Positions 45,827 through 55,958 of a stretch of DNA of 64,000 nucleotides are shown one piece after another. The position numbers and the translations under genes are program-made. Every line of letters begins with the position of its first letter. Position 1 is the stretch's first letter. Origin of the DNA: Candidatus Hydrothermarchaeota archaeon (GTDB lineage: Archaea; CAYFZR01); contig JBHIEG010000006.1 of NCBI GenBank assembly GCA_046760505.1, forward strand, positions 1 through 64,000. Direction: 5' to 3'. The notes under the pieces are model-generated. The model made no database searches. It was given only the letters and a program-made list of their open reading frames with translations, and had not been told where the DNA came from.

Positions 45827-46944
45827 CTTTTTCCCCTCCTTACGTGTAGAAATGTGAGTATAAATGCAATCAAGAATATAAATGAAATACTGATCAGCAT
45901 CAGATAAAACTTCTTTTTTTCCCTCTCTCTTTCTTTTTCCTCTTGAATTCTCTTCTCCTCTACTTCAGATATTTTTTCCTCGAGTTTTTTCTGTTCTTCT
46001 TTAAATTTTTGGATTTCTTCTTTGGTTACTTTCTGCAGGTAAAGCAATGCTGATGTTTTTAGTTTCGTAGCATTTTTCTCTATTTTATTTGCAATTGATT
46101 TGGCTTTAAGCGAATAATTTAAGGCTAAGTCGTATTTTTTAGATTCCTTTAATTCCTCTGCCTTCATTATGAGCTCTTCCGTGGTCCAGTAACTTTCGTT
46201 TAATTCTTCAAGTGTTTTATAGTAAGTGCTAGAGTTGGTTAGGTTTCTATGAATGGTTGAAATTACAGATCGAGCCTCTTCAAGGCTGATTCTTGCCTCT
46301 TCTAGGCTATCTTTAGCCTCTTTAATTCTTTTGTTGGAGAGTTCAAGAAACTTGCCATATTCTATGTAGAATTCAAGTTTATCTAAGGGGGTAACCTTTT
46401 CATCATAAAAGTAAAGCGATAGCCTACTGTCCTTTATTTCCACCATATCGGGCTCTGGTTTGACCCTACCAATTTGCATATTTTCAGGGATCGTTACCTT
46501 GTAAGAAACTCTGAGTATGTATAAAGGGGAGAATATACTGTCCCTTATGATATAACCCCTTTCTGTCTTGGCTATAAAATCAGATCTTTTATAGTCGATT
46601 TCTATGGTCTTAAATTTTTTTGGCGGAATTGAGGTAATTCTAACGGAGATGCAATTGCCTGTTTCATCCTTGGTGAACGTAACATTGAGTGGAGAGTATC
46701 TGCCTGTTAAATTGTGCACGTATGCCGATGCATTGTACATGGAACCCATACAGTAGATGAAAGGCGGCGCTAGATGTGTGTAGTTACCGTAAGAATAATT
46801 TCCAGTGTTGATATAATTCCAGAATTGATTCACATTGGCCTCATCAGGTTCTGCTATATCGATTACATAAACGAAGTTATCTACTATCAATTGAGCGGTT
46901 GATACCGATATAGCGAACAACAATGCCAAGAACTTAAACCTCAT
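45823..46944 (-). CDS. Membrane-anchored secreted protein with coiled-coil stalk
   Basis: Signal peptide, beta domain, helical repeats, C-terminal TM + RRGKR. Confidence 0.7.
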   Translation of the reverse strand: MRFKFLALLFAISVSTAQLIVDNFVYVIDIAEPDEANVNQFWNYINTGNYSYGNYTHLAPPFIYCMGSMYNASAYVHNLTGRYSPLNVTFTKDETGNCISVRITSIPPKKFKTIEIDYKRSDFIAKTERGYIIRDSIFSPLYILRVSYKVTIPENMQIGRVKPEPDMVEIKDSRLSLYFYDEKVTPLDKLEFYIEYGKFLELSNKRIKEAKDSLEEARISLEEARSVISTIHRNLTNSSTYYKTLEELNESYWTTEELIMKAEELKESKKYDLALNYSLKAKSIANKIEKNATKLKTSALLYLQKVTKEEIQKFKEEQKKLEEKISEVEEKRIQEEKEREREKKKFYLMLISISFIFLIAFILTFLHVRRGKR

Positions 46945-47048
46945 AAAACCATCTTCTTTTTCTCATACAACATATTTTTTATCCTAGTGCAAAAGATTTT
47001 TATATCCTTTTGCCAATCGCACTCTTCAGAGATTGAGGGGGAATAAAA

Positions 47049-48680
47049 ATGCAAACAACTGAGGGACAACCTATCTTGATATTACCAGAGGGTTCTGAAA
47101 GGTATATGGGAAGAGAAGCTCAAAGGATGAATATTCTTGCAGCCAGAATTATAGCAGAGGCAATAAGAACTACGTTGGGTCCAAAAGGTATGGACAAAAT
47201 GTTGGTAGACTCTACGGGAGACATAACGATAACAAACGATGGAGCCACGATTTTAAAAGAAATAGATGTAGAACATCCAGTTGCGAAGATGATAATCGAA
47301 GTTGCCGAGACCATGGATAATGAAGTCGGGGACGGTACAACAAGCGCGGTGATACTCACTGGGGAGTTACTTAAAAAAACCGAAGAATTGTTAAACCTTG
47401 GCATTCATCCCGCAACCATTGCAAAGGGATTCAGAATGGCATCTGAAAAAGCAAGTGAAATACTCGATGAAGTATCAAAAACTATATCGATAGAAGACGT
47501 TGATGTACTCAGAAACATCGTCATGACATCAATGAGTGGCAGATTGGCAGATGAAATAAAGGAAGACCTTTCAAAAATAATTATTGATGCTATAAAGACG
47601 ATTTCAGAAGAAAAAGATGGGAAATACAAGGTAGATTTGGATAATATCAAGATTCAAAAATTTGAGAGCAGTAGTATATCTGAAACCAAACTCGTAGATG
47701 GTATCGTACTTGATAAAAAGAAAGCCCATCCCATGATGCCGAAATTGGTTAGGGATGCTAAAATTGCCCTTATAAGGTCTAGAATGAAGGTTAGAGAAAC
47801 CGAAATGAAGGCCAAGTTTAGAATAACTGATCCAAAAGAGCTTAAAAGATTCTCGGATGAAGAACGCAACATTTTGATGAGCATGTTAAGTAAGATAAAG
47901 GAATCTGGAGCAAACGTCGTCTTATGCAAAAGAGACATAGATGAAAACTTCCAAGACCTTCTCGCGAGAGAGGGCATTTTTGCTGTAGAGAGAGTTCCAA
48001 CTTCAGATATAAAGAGACTTATCCTTGCTACGGGTGCAGAACTTGTTACAAATTTGGAAGATTTATCTAAAGATAATTTAGGACATGCAGACCTAGTTAG
48101 AGAAGAAAAAATTGGAGAAAAAGAAATTGTATTCATAGAAGGGTGCAGAAATCCAAAGGCGCTAACAATACTGGTAAGGGGCAGCACGGGACATATCGTA
48201 GACGAAATAGAGAGAGATGTGAGCAATGGACTGCACGGAGTAAAGGTTTCCATCGAAGACGGAGGCGTTGTTCCAGGTGGGGGCTCTATAGAAGTTGCAA
48301 TCTCAAGTCAACTCAGAAATTTTGCCAAGAAGATAGGAGGTAGGGAGCAGTTAGCCATCAATTCATTCGCCGAGGCACTTGAAATTATACCCAAAACCTT
48401 AGCCGAGAACGCGGGACTGGATTCTGTGGATGTACTTCTAAGGTTGAAAGCAACCCAGGAGAAGGGGAAAATTAACTACGGGATCGACGTGTTCACAGGC
48501 GAAATAAAGGACATGTTCGATGAAAATGTACTAGAGCCAAAAAGGGTTAAGTTGCAGGCAATTAAAACCGCAACCGATACCTCAATCATGATATTGAGGA
48601 TAGATGACGTAATAGCCATAGCCCCCATAGAGATAGAAGATACAGGATATCCTGGGCCTATGCCTGAAATGGAGTTGTAG
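47049..48680 (+). CDS. Thermosome (group II chaperonin) subunit, divergent
   Basis: [47 protein letters not shown]. Confidence 0.95.
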   Translation: MQTTEGQPILILPEGSERYMGREAQRMNILAARIIAEAIRTTLGPKGMDKMLVDSTGDITITNDGATILKEIDVEHPVAKMIIEVAETMDNEVGDGTTSAVILTGELLKKTEELLNLGIHPATIAKGFRMASEKASEILDEVSKTISIEDVDVLRNIVMTSMSGRLADEIKEDLSKIIIDAIKTISEEKDGKYKVDLDNIKIQKFESSSISETKLVDGIVLDKKKAHPMMPKLVRDAKIALIRSRMKVRETEMKAKFRITDPKELKRFSDEERNILMSMLSKIKESGANVVLCKRDIDENFQDLLAREGIFAVERVPTSDIKRLILATGAELVTNLEDLSKDNLGHADLVREEKIGEKEIVFIEGCRNPKALTILVRGSTGHIVDEIERDVSNGLHGVKVSIEDGGVVPGGGSIEVAISSQLRNFAKKIGGREQLAINSFAEALEIIPKTLAENAGLDSVDVLLRLKATQEKGKINYGIDVFTGEIKDMFDENVLEPKRVKLQAIKTATDTSIMILRIDDVIAIAPIEIEDTGYPGPMPEMEL

Positions 48681-48691
48681 GGGGAAGTTAC

Positions 48692-48922
48692 ACGTTCCCT
48701 GCAAATAGATTAACTCGTTTTGAACGTGCGAGAATAATCGGAGCCAGAGCATTACAAATTTCAATGGGAGCACCGGTACTGATCGATATACCAGAAAATC
48801 TAGTAGATCCACTTGAAATAGCAAAGCTTGAGTTCAAAAAGGGCGCCGTACCTCTAACCGTTAGGAGAAAGTTACCAGGAGGAGAGTACGTATTAGTAAA
48901 GATGACAGATCTGGCATTGTAA
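48692..48922 (+). CDS. rpoK: RNA polymerase subunit Rpo6/K, absent from the ORF track; no ATG/GTG/TTG before the conserved core
   Basis: (ACG)[31 protein letters not shown]...[26 protein letters not shown]; in-frame TGA at 48665. Confidence 0.9.
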   Translation, partial: TFPANRLTRFERARIIGARALQISMGAPVLIDIPENLVDPLEIAKLEFKKGAVPLTVRRKLPGGEYVLVKMTDLAL

Positions 48923-48930
48923 AAAAAGAC

Positions 48931-49185
48931 TTGAGTAAGGAAGAATCAAAACCATACATCGTAGAAACTTTTTCTTTGGAGGAAAGCGGTATATGCGACG
49001 AGTGCGGTCATAAGGGAGTGGTCCTTTTTTGTACTCCTTGTGACAGATATTTATGTGAGGTCTGCTACCACAACCATTCTGTGAGCGATGAAGAAATGCA
49101 CTGGAAATGGAAGAACAATACTATATGCTGGTCATCTAATGATGAACCTATTGAAAAGTTAAAAGAGGAAGAGAAAGAGGAATAA
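48931..49185 (+). CDS. Small B-box-like zinc-finger protein
   Basis: CDECG..CTPCDRYLCEVCYHNH; TTG start. Confidence 0.6.
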   Translation: MSKEESKPYIVETFSLEESGICDECGHKGVVLFCTPCDRYLCEVCYHNHSVSDEEMHWKWKNNTICWSSNDEPIEKLKEEEKEE

Positions 49186-49186
49186 C

Positions 49187-50089
49187 TTAGACCGCCACTT
49201 CTAAATCCAATTTTTCAACGAGTTCCTTGTATCTGTTTCTTACAGTTACCTCTGATGTTCCAGCTACACCAGCAACTTCTTTCTGAGCTCTTCTCTCGCC
49301 TTGTAGAACGCTGGCAATGTATATTGCGGCTGCTGCAATTCCAGTTGGGTCTCTACCCGCAATCATTTCTTTTTCTATTGCCAGTTTTATTATGTCAATT
49401 GCCTTTGATTGAACTTCTCCAGAAAGACCTAATTCGCTGGAAAATCTGGCTACATATTCAATAGGACTTGTTGGCATGAGTTTTAATCCCAATTTCCTAC
49501 CCAGTAGCCTATAGATCTTACCGAGTCTCTTCTTATCTATTCTGGCTGCCTCAGCAATTTCACCCATGCTTCTCGGTACCTTATGCTGTCTGCATGCAGC
49601 GCAGAGAGCTGCTGCTACCACACTCTCTATGGATCTTCCTCTAATTAAATCACTTTTTACCGCTTTTCTGTAGGTTAGAGCAGCGGTTTCCTTTACATGT
49701 CTTGGAAGATTCAATTGCGATGAGATGGATTCCAGTTCTGAGAGGGCGAAAGCAAGATTTCTCTCCGTTGCATCGGATAATCTAACCCTCTGCTGCCACT
49801 TCCTCAACCTGTATAGTTTGGCTCTCTGACCTGGCGCGAGCTCGTTACCTCTTCCATCCTTTGTACTGAGGTCTATTGTAGTAGAGAGGCCTTTATCGTG
49901 CATCACATAGGTCATGGGGGCTCCTACTCTACTCTTAACAACCCATTGATGATGGTCGTGAGCCCTCCATTCTGGACCCGTATCAATCATATCGTGTTCA
50001 AGAACAAGCCCGCAGGATTTACAGATTAGTTCCCCTCTTTTCTCGTCCTTCGCTACCTTAGGACTCCCACACTCCGGGCATTTTTCCGT
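49187..50089 (-). CDS. tfb: Transcription initiation factor IIB (TFB); Zn ribbon lies upstream of the ORF-track start
   Basis: In-frame upstream EKCPECGS...[14 protein letters not shown], then [34 protein letters not shown]; ACG at 50089 after SD GGAGGTG. Confidence 0.93.
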   Translation of the reverse strand, partial: TEKCPECGSPKVAKDEKRGELICKSCGLVLEHDMIDTGPEWRAHDHHQWVVKSRVGAPMTYVMHDKGLSTTIDLSTKDGRGNELAPGQRAKLYRLRKWQQRVRLSDATERNLAFALSELESISSQLNLPRHVKETAALTYRKAVKSDLIRGRSIESVVAAALCAACRQHKVPRSMGEIAEAARIDKKRLGKIYRLLGRKLGLKLMPTSPIEYVARFSSELGLSGEVQSKAIDIIKLAIEKEMIAGRDPTGIAAAAIYIASVLQGERRAQKEVAGVAGTSEVTVRNRYKELVEKLDLEVAV

Positions 50090-50295
50090 TTTCTACACCT
50101 CCATCTTATTATTAATGTGTTTGTACTTCTTTATAAAACTTATGTTTCTCCTATACCCCAACGTGATTGTAATATATAAGTCTTTCGGTATAGATATAGA
50201 TAGATAACCTGCAGAGAATTTTTGTATAACAAATTTTGCATGATGAATGAAATATAGGGGAATAAAAAACAAATGAAACAAGATTGATTTGATAA

Positions 50296-50324
50296 TTTTA
50301 TATAACTTTTATATAACTTTATAT
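50296..50324 (+). promoter_or_regulatory. Tandem TATA-like repeat upstream of polB
   Basis: TTTTATATAAC x2 + TTTATAT. Confidence 0.5.
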
Positions 50325-50335
50325 GGATGATCTGA

Positions 50336-52783
50336 ATGGATGAAACGATTACTGAAAAATTTTATCCACTCGATGTGGATTATTTCACAGAAAATGGAAA
50401 ACCAGTGATTCGAATATACGGAAAAACTCTAGAAGGAAAAAGGATAGTTGTTTTGGATAAACAATTCGAGCCCTACTTTTACGTTATTCCAGAGGAAGAT
50501 TCGGATACTGATGAATTAATCAACAGGATTATGGAAGTTAAGGTAGAAAATGCAGAGATTGTAAGGTGTAGCCCAAGGATAATGAAGGAACTAGGCAAAG
50601 ACGTTCGAGTTATAAAAGTCCTTGTGAGCCATCCTCAAGATGTGCCTAGGTTGAGAGAAATCGTCTCTGATGTAGAAGGAGTAAAGGAAGTGAGAGAACA
50701 CGATATACCATTTCATAGAAGATATTTAATAGATTCAGGCATCAAACCCATAGAAAAAACTGAAATAAGAGGCACGAAGCTGAAAAAAGATTATAGAGCA
50801 GATGTTATTTTGGAAAAGGTGGTAAATGAAATAGGTAAAGATAGATTAAATAAAAATAACGATGGGGATTTTCTATCTCATTTACACCTTTTAAGTTTTG
50901 ATATTGAAGTTTACAATCCTTTTCTCTCTCCCCGTAGCAAAAAAGATCCCATTATAATGATTAGTCTAGCAGACAATCTTGGCTACTCTTCCGTCCTGAC
51001 TTACAAAGACGAAACAAGAAACGAATACGTTGAAGTTCTATCCAATGAAAAAGAGATAATAAAACGTTTCGTAGAAATCATAAACGAAAGAAATCCCGAT
51101 ATTCTGGTAGGATACAACACAGATTTGTTTGATTTCGGCTATTTAAGAGACAGGGCTGAAAAATACAAGGCAAAACTTGATTTGGGGATAGATGGAAGTG
51201 ATTTAAAGTTTGAGAGAGGGGGTTATGGTTCCAAGGCAAAAATAAGGGGAAGACCGCACATAGATCTGTATCCTGTTATAAGAAGATCGTTTAGGCTTAG
51301 TAAATACACCCTAGAAGATGTTGCTGAAGAACTGCTTGGTAGAGAGAAAACAAAAATCTCAGTAAAGGAAATATTCAGATGCTGGGATGAGGGCGGAGAG
51401 AAACTCAAAGAACTGATTCAGTACTCTTTAGAAGATGCCCTAGTTACGCTTGAAATAGGAGAAAACATCATTCCATTGCAGCTCGAGTTGTGTAAGATAG
51501 TTGGTCAAACACCCTTTGATATTGCAAGAATGACTTCGGGTCAGTTGGTTGAATGGCTACTCATAAAAAAAGCTCACGAATACAATGAAGTCGTACCAAA
51601 CAGACCTAGAGGCAGAGATTTAATCGAGAGAGAGGCTGAGAGCATAGTAGGAGGTTACGTAAGGCAACCAGAGAAAGGTTTGCACGAAGATATCGTTCTC
51701 TTTGATTTTAGAGCACTTTATCCAAGCATAATCGTTACCCACAACATAGATCCATCAACCCTTAATTGCGAGTGCTGTGAAAATGAAAATGTCGCTCCAA
51801 AATTAGGCTATAGATTCTGTTTAAAAGAAAAAGGCTTCATACCAAGGATACTTGAAGACCTCATAAAGAAGAGAGTGGAAATAAAGAATTCCATCAAAAA
51901 AGAGGAAGATCCTACCAAAAGAAGAATCCTAGATATACAGCAACAGGCACTAAAAATACTGGCAAACTCTTTTTACGGCTATATGGGCTACCCTAGGGCG
52001 AGATGGTACTGTAAGGAAGCTGCAGAGAGCGTTACTGCATGGGGGAGGTATTACATTCAGGAGACCATAAAGACGGCTGAAAAATTCGGGTTGAAGGTTG
52101 TTTATGGAGATACTGACTCTCTGTTCTGCAAAGCTAATGGTATGAGTTCTGAAAAAATAAATGACTTTGTAAGGCAAATCAATTCTAATCTTCCTGGAAT
52201 TATAGAACTTGAATACGAAGGAAGATATAGAAGGGGGATTTTTGTAACGAAAAAGAGATATGCAATGGTAGATGACCAAGGAAAGATGATTGTTCGTGGC
52301 CTAGAACTCGTAAGAAGGGATTGGGCAGAGATTGCAAAAGAGACACAGAAAAAGGTTCTTGGAGCAATTCTAAGAGAAGGATCACCAGAAAAGGCTGCTG
52401 AGATTATAAGAAACGAAATAAAGAGAATAAAAGAAAAAAATGTGGACGTTGAAGATCTGATAATATATACTCAGTTAACAAAAGATATTTCAGAGTACAA
52501 AACTGATGCACCGCACGTGACTATCGCGAAGAGAGCCAGGAAAATGGGAATGGATATCTCACGAGGCTCCATAATAGGTTATGTCGTAGCAAGAGGAGAC
52601 GGAAAAATAGGCGATAGAGCTCTTTTAGTAGATGAAATCGAAAAATTCGATTACGACCCAGATTACTACATTGATAATCAGCTTCTTCCAGCCGTCCTGA
52701 GGATAATGGAGGCAGTGGGATACACCGAGAAAGACTTGAAGACGGATAAGGTACAATTCAGCCTAGATATGTTTAGTGATTGA
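50336..52783 (+). CDS. polB: Family B DNA polymerase (PolB3-type), no intein
   Basis: ExoI SFDIEV, ExoII GYNTDLFD, DFRALYPSII, KILANSFYGY, YGDTDS, KKRY, RGLELVRRDW; C-terminal PIP box QFSLDMF. Confidence 0.97.
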   Translation: MDETITEKFYPLDVDYFTENGKPVIRIYGKTLEGKRIVVLDKQFEPYFYVIPEEDSDTDELINRIMEVKVENAEIVRCSPRIMKELGKDVRVIKVLVSHPQDVPRLREIVSDVEGVKEVREHDIPFHRRYLIDSGIKPIEKTEIRGTKLKKDYRADVILEKVVNEIGKDRLNKNNDGDFLSHLHLLSFDIEVYNPFLSPRSKKDPIIMISLADNLGYSSVLTYKDETRNEYVEVLSNEKEIIKRFVEIINERNPDILVGYNTDLFDFGYLRDRAEKYKAKLDLGIDGSDLKFERGGYGSKAKIRGRPHIDLYPVIRRSFRLSKYTLEDVAEELLGREKTKISVKEIFRCWDEGGEKLKELIQYSLEDALVTLEIGENIIPLQLELCKIVGQTPFDIARMTSGQLVEWLLIKKAHEYNEVVPNRPRGRDLIEREAESIVGGYVRQPEKGLHEDIVLFDFRALYPSIIVTHNIDPSTLNCECCENENVAPKLGYRFCLKEKGFIPRILEDLIKKRVEIKNSIKKEEDPTKRRILDIQQQALKILANSFYGYMGYPRARWYCKEAAESVTAWGRYYIQETIKTAEKFGLKVVYGDTDSLFCKANGMSSEKINDFVRQINSNLPGIIELEYEGRYRRGIFVTKKRYAMVDDQGKMIVRGLELVRRDWAEIAKETQKKVLGAILREGSPEKAAEIIRNEIKRIKEKNVDVEDLIIYTQLTKDISEYKTDAPHVTIAKRARKMGMDISRGSIIGYVVARGDGKIGDRALLVDEIEKFDYDPDYYIDNQLLPAVLRIMEAVGYTEKDLKTDKVQFSLDMFSD

Positions 52784-53477
52784 AATGATAAAATGCGTTT
52801 TTTTCGATGTAGATGATACTTTATTCGATAGTACTGGACTCACTGAAAAGGCTAGAAGAGCAGCAATAGAAGCCATGATCGAAGCCGGACTTCCTCTCAG
52901 CCTCGAAGAGGGATACGAGTTACTCATGGAGATCGTTAAGAAATATGGCAGCAACTATGGAAAGCACTTTGATGCCCTATTAGATGATTTAAAGATCGGT
53001 TGGAATCCAAAGATCATAGCAGCAGGAGTTTATGCGTATCATAGAATCAAATTCGCCTACCTGAAGCCTTTTCCCGATGTTATTCCGACGCTCATAGAAT
53101 TGAAGAAGAGGGACCTAAAACTTGGTATAATCTCTGACGGCAATCCTGTGAAGCAATGGGATAAAATAATCCGTCTCGGCCTTCAAAATTTCTTTGATGT
53201 AGTAATAACATCTGAGGAGGCTGGAGCAGAGAAGCCTGATTTAAAAATTTATGAAGTAGCATTGGAAAAATCTAAATGTGAGCCAAAAAACAGTGTTATG
53301 GTAGGCGATAGGATAAGGAAGGATATACTTGGAGCCAAAAGAACAGGTATGCTTACCGTTAGATTTTTACACGGAAAATACAAGGATGAAAAGCCTTTTT
53401 CAGAAGAAGAGAGGCCTGATTTTCAAATAAAAAGTTTTAGGGATCTTATTGATATAATAGATAAATTAAACCGATAA
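52776..53477 (+). CDS. HAD-superfamily hydrolase (TIGR02253-like)
   Basis: FFDVDDTL, ISDG..VKQW.K, KPD, MVGDR..DI.GA. Confidence 0.9.
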   Translation: MIEMIKCVFFDVDDTLFDSTGLTEKARRAAIEAMIEAGLPLSLEEGYELLMEIVKKYGSNYGKHFDALLDDLKIGWNPKIIAAGVYAYHRIKFAYLKPFPDVIPTLIELKKRDLKLGIISDGNPVKQWDKIIRLGLQNFFDVVITSEEAGAEKPDLKIYEVALEKSKCEPKNSVMVGDRIRKDILGAKRTGMLTVRFLHGKYKDEKPFSEEERPDFQIKSFRDLIDIIDKLNR

Positions 53478-53579
53478 AAACAAATACGCAAATTTTCCAA
53501 CAATTTTGTTTAAGAAATATTTATCTTTTCTTTCGGCCAGATCCTTTTTCATAACTAAAAAAATTGCGGCTGGATTCGT

Positions 53580-53969
53580 ATGCCCGTTAAAAAAGTAAAA
53601 GATATTATGTCGAGAGATATTGTTTTTGTCTCATCGAACGCGGATATAAAGGAGATAATCAGAACCATGATAGAAAAAAATATACACAGCGTCGTAGTAA
53701 GAGAAGGATTATACTTCAAGGGATTCGTAACCGATGATGACGTCTTTGATGCACTGAGAACTCTTATATTAGATGGCTTTTTGCCCAAAAGAACTGCAGA
53801 TTCTTTGATATCATCTCCCACAATAAAAATAGACCAAGAGAACACTGTTGAGGAAGCCATACTTACTATGGCGAGAAACAACGTCAAATATCTTCTAGTG
53901 GAAAAAGAAGGAAATGTAGTAGGATTGGTCTCAGTCACAGATCTCCTAAAAATGTACATAGAAGAATAA
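53580..53969 (+). CDS. CBS-domain pair protein
   Basis: VKDIMS, G.VT..D, VVGLVSVTDLL. Confidence 0.85.
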   Translation: MPVKKVKDIMSRDIVFVSSNADIKEIIRTMIEKNIHSVVVREGLYFKGFVTDDDVFDALRTLILDGFLPKRTADSLISSPTIKIDQENTVEEAILTMARNNVKYLLVEKEGNVVGLVSVTDLLKMYIEE

Positions 53970-54689
53970 TTACCCTTCAATTAGCCTCAATATGTTTCCT
54001 GAAAGAATTTTTTCAAACTCTTTTCTTTTTAAATCGAGATCTAATATTTTCTTTAATTCATATTCCTGAGATCCGTATGGAAAATCCGATCCGAATAAAA
54101 TTCTATCTACTCCAACGAGTTTTATAGCATAGTTTATTATTCCCCTACTTGCCAAGGAAGTATCAAAGTAGACGTTCTTCTTTCTTTTAAAAGCCTCTAA
54201 TACTCTGATATGGCCTCCATTCAACATCCCTATGTGAGGAATTATTACGTTTAAATCGGCATTTTCCTCTATAAAGGATACGGTATTCTCATATTCCTCC
54301 TCTAAGTTAACAGGAAGACCTAATTCTTTTATTTTTTCAAGCATCTTTTTACAAGATTTGCTTTCGTAGTCGTATTCTGGCTCGTTTAGGTGTCTGTGCC
54401 ACTTTATTCCCTTGTAGTCTTCTAGATTGGGCGGAATTATGTAGTCTCTCCAGACGAAATAAAAAGGATATATATGCCTTTTAATTCTAGATTTCTCAAG
54501 TACGTATCTGTTGGATTCTATTCTTGACTTAGGAGTATCCAAGATTCTATACTGGTCTTCAGGAAAAGGAAATATGACAGCACCATCTATGTTTAACCTG
54601 TCTAAGTTTTCTATAATCCTCTCTATTGGATAATGAATTGTCTTACTACCACAGTGAACATGCGCATCTATTATGAGGGGATTGGACAT
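53970..54689 (-). CDS. Amidohydrolase-family metal-dependent hydrolase
   Basis: IIDAHVH, GIKWH, IIPHIG, NVYFDTS, ILFGSDFP. Confidence 0.85.
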   Translation of the reverse strand: MSNPLIIDAHVHCGSKTIHYPIERIIENLDRLNIDGAVIFPFPEDQYRILDTPKSRIESNRYVLEKSRIKRHIYPFYFVWRDYIIPPNLEDYKGIKWHRHLNEPEYDYESKSCKKMLEKIKELGLPVNLEEEYENTVSFIEENADLNVIIPHIGMLNGGHIRVLEAFKRKKNVYFDTSLASRGIINYAIKLVGVDRILFGSDFPYGSQEYELKKILDLDLKRKEFEKILSGNILRLIEG

Positions 54690-54741
54690 TGCCCTACATT
54701 TAACCTGAGTATATTTTTATATTCTTTTTAAAAAGATAACC

Positions 54742-55461
54742 TTGATGGCTGATAAATTACTTGAGGTAAATAAAATTAACGTCTTTTATAATGGGTTGCA
54801 GGTGTTATGGGATATTTCATTAAATGTGGAGGAAGAAGAAATTGTTTCTCTCGTTGGTCCAAATGGAGCGGGCAAGACAACTGTTCTTAAAACGATTCAG
54901 GGTCTTATTCATCCATCAAATGGAGAGATCAAATTTCTCGGAAAGAGAATTGAGCACTTATCATGCCATGAGAGGGTTGATATGGGAATAACATATGTCC
55001 CCGAGAAGGGGGGAATATTCTTAGACATGACGGTCAGAGAAAATCTTGAACTGGGCGCGTATTCGCCTGCTTCTAGAGAAAAAAGGGATGAAACTCTCGA
55101 ATACGTCTACGAACTCTTTCCCATGCTCAAAGAGAAAGAGAGCAAAATTGCAGGATCTTTAAGTGGAGGCATGCAGAGGATGCTTGCCATTGGAAAAGGT
55201 CTAATGTCAAGGGCCAAGATTTTACTTTTAGATGATCCCTTCTTGGGACTTGCCCCAAAATTGATCCTAAAACTTTATGGAACCATAATGGATATCAACG
55301 AAGCCGGAGTTGCAATCTTGCTGGTTGGACAACACGTCTCTCTCATCTTAAATTTATCAGATAGGGCATATTTGATGGAAGCAGGAAGAATCACGTTAGA
55401 AGGCAGGGGAGAGGAACTCTTGAATGATGAACACTTAAGGAGAACTATGTTTGGCGTTTGA
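54742..55461 (+). CDS. LivF-like ABC ATPase (orphan, degenerate Walker B and switch)
   Basis: GPNGAGKTT, LSGGMQRMLAI, LLLDDP, LVGQH. Confidence 0.85.
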   Translation: MMADKLLEVNKINVFYNGLQVLWDISLNVEEEEIVSLVGPNGAGKTTVLKTIQGLIHPSNGEIKFLGKRIEHLSCHERVDMGITYVPEKGGIFLDMTVRENLELGAYSPASREKRDETLEYVYELFPMLKEKESKIAGSLSGGMQRMLAIGKGLMSRAKILLLDDPFLGLAPKLILKLYGTIMDINEAGVAILLVGQHVSLILNLSDRAYLMEAGRITLEGRGEELLNDEHLRRTMFGV

Positions 55462-55494
55462 TACTTTATTAAAAATTAAAAGGAGGTATTTTTT

Positions 55495-55956
55495 GTGACT
55501 AAAAAACCAAGTGCGACTGAAATATTTAAGAACGCTTGCCTTGCATGGGCTTACGGAATGCAATTTACGCTATCAAATTATCCTGAGACTAAAAGGATTT
55601 TACTCTCTAAAAGCGGTGATATCTGGTTAAAATTTCAGAGTGAGACATCCAACATAGAAATTCAAAAGGGCTCGCCAATAGAAGTAGCAAAAAAATACGT
55701 AGAAGACTGTACAAGAGCAGGATACAACAAACCGGAGGACTTCAAGATATACGGAAACGATGAAAAGATAGAGGTAGAGATTTACGATTGCTTCTATAGC
55801 CCCATATGTAATTTGTTGAAAGAAAAGGATGTACCGGTAACTTGTCCCCGTACCAATATACTAGAGGGAGTTATTCATAGAGGGAGCGAGAAAAAGTACA
55901 TTTCCATAATAAAGGTGGGTAAAAAGTGCTGTAAGGGAACTCTATTTAGATGGTAG
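55495..55956 (+). CDS. Hypothetical Cys-containing protein (V4R-like ligand-binding fold possible)
   Basis: SD AAGGAGGT + GTG; IYDCFY..IC, TCPR, CC near the C-terminus. Confidence 0.55.
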   Translation: MTKKPSATEIFKNACLAWAYGMQFTLSNYPETKRILLSKSGDIWLKFQSETSNIEIQKGSPIEVAKKYVEDCTRAGYNKPEDFKIYGNDEKIEVEIYDCFYSPICNLLKEKDVPVTCPRTNILEGVIHRGSEKKYISIIKVGKKCCKGTLFRW

Positions 55957-55958
55957 AT

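Noticed and set aside
50093-50104. Genome-wide TAG recoding (pyrrolysine) to explain tfb
   Set aside because: TAG ends several conserved genes at their expected C-termini (thermosome, tfs, purP), no pyl genes are in the window, and recoding would not explain rpoK.
50336-52783. Intein in polB
   Set aside because: The length (815 aa) and contiguous polymerase motifs leave no room for an insertion.
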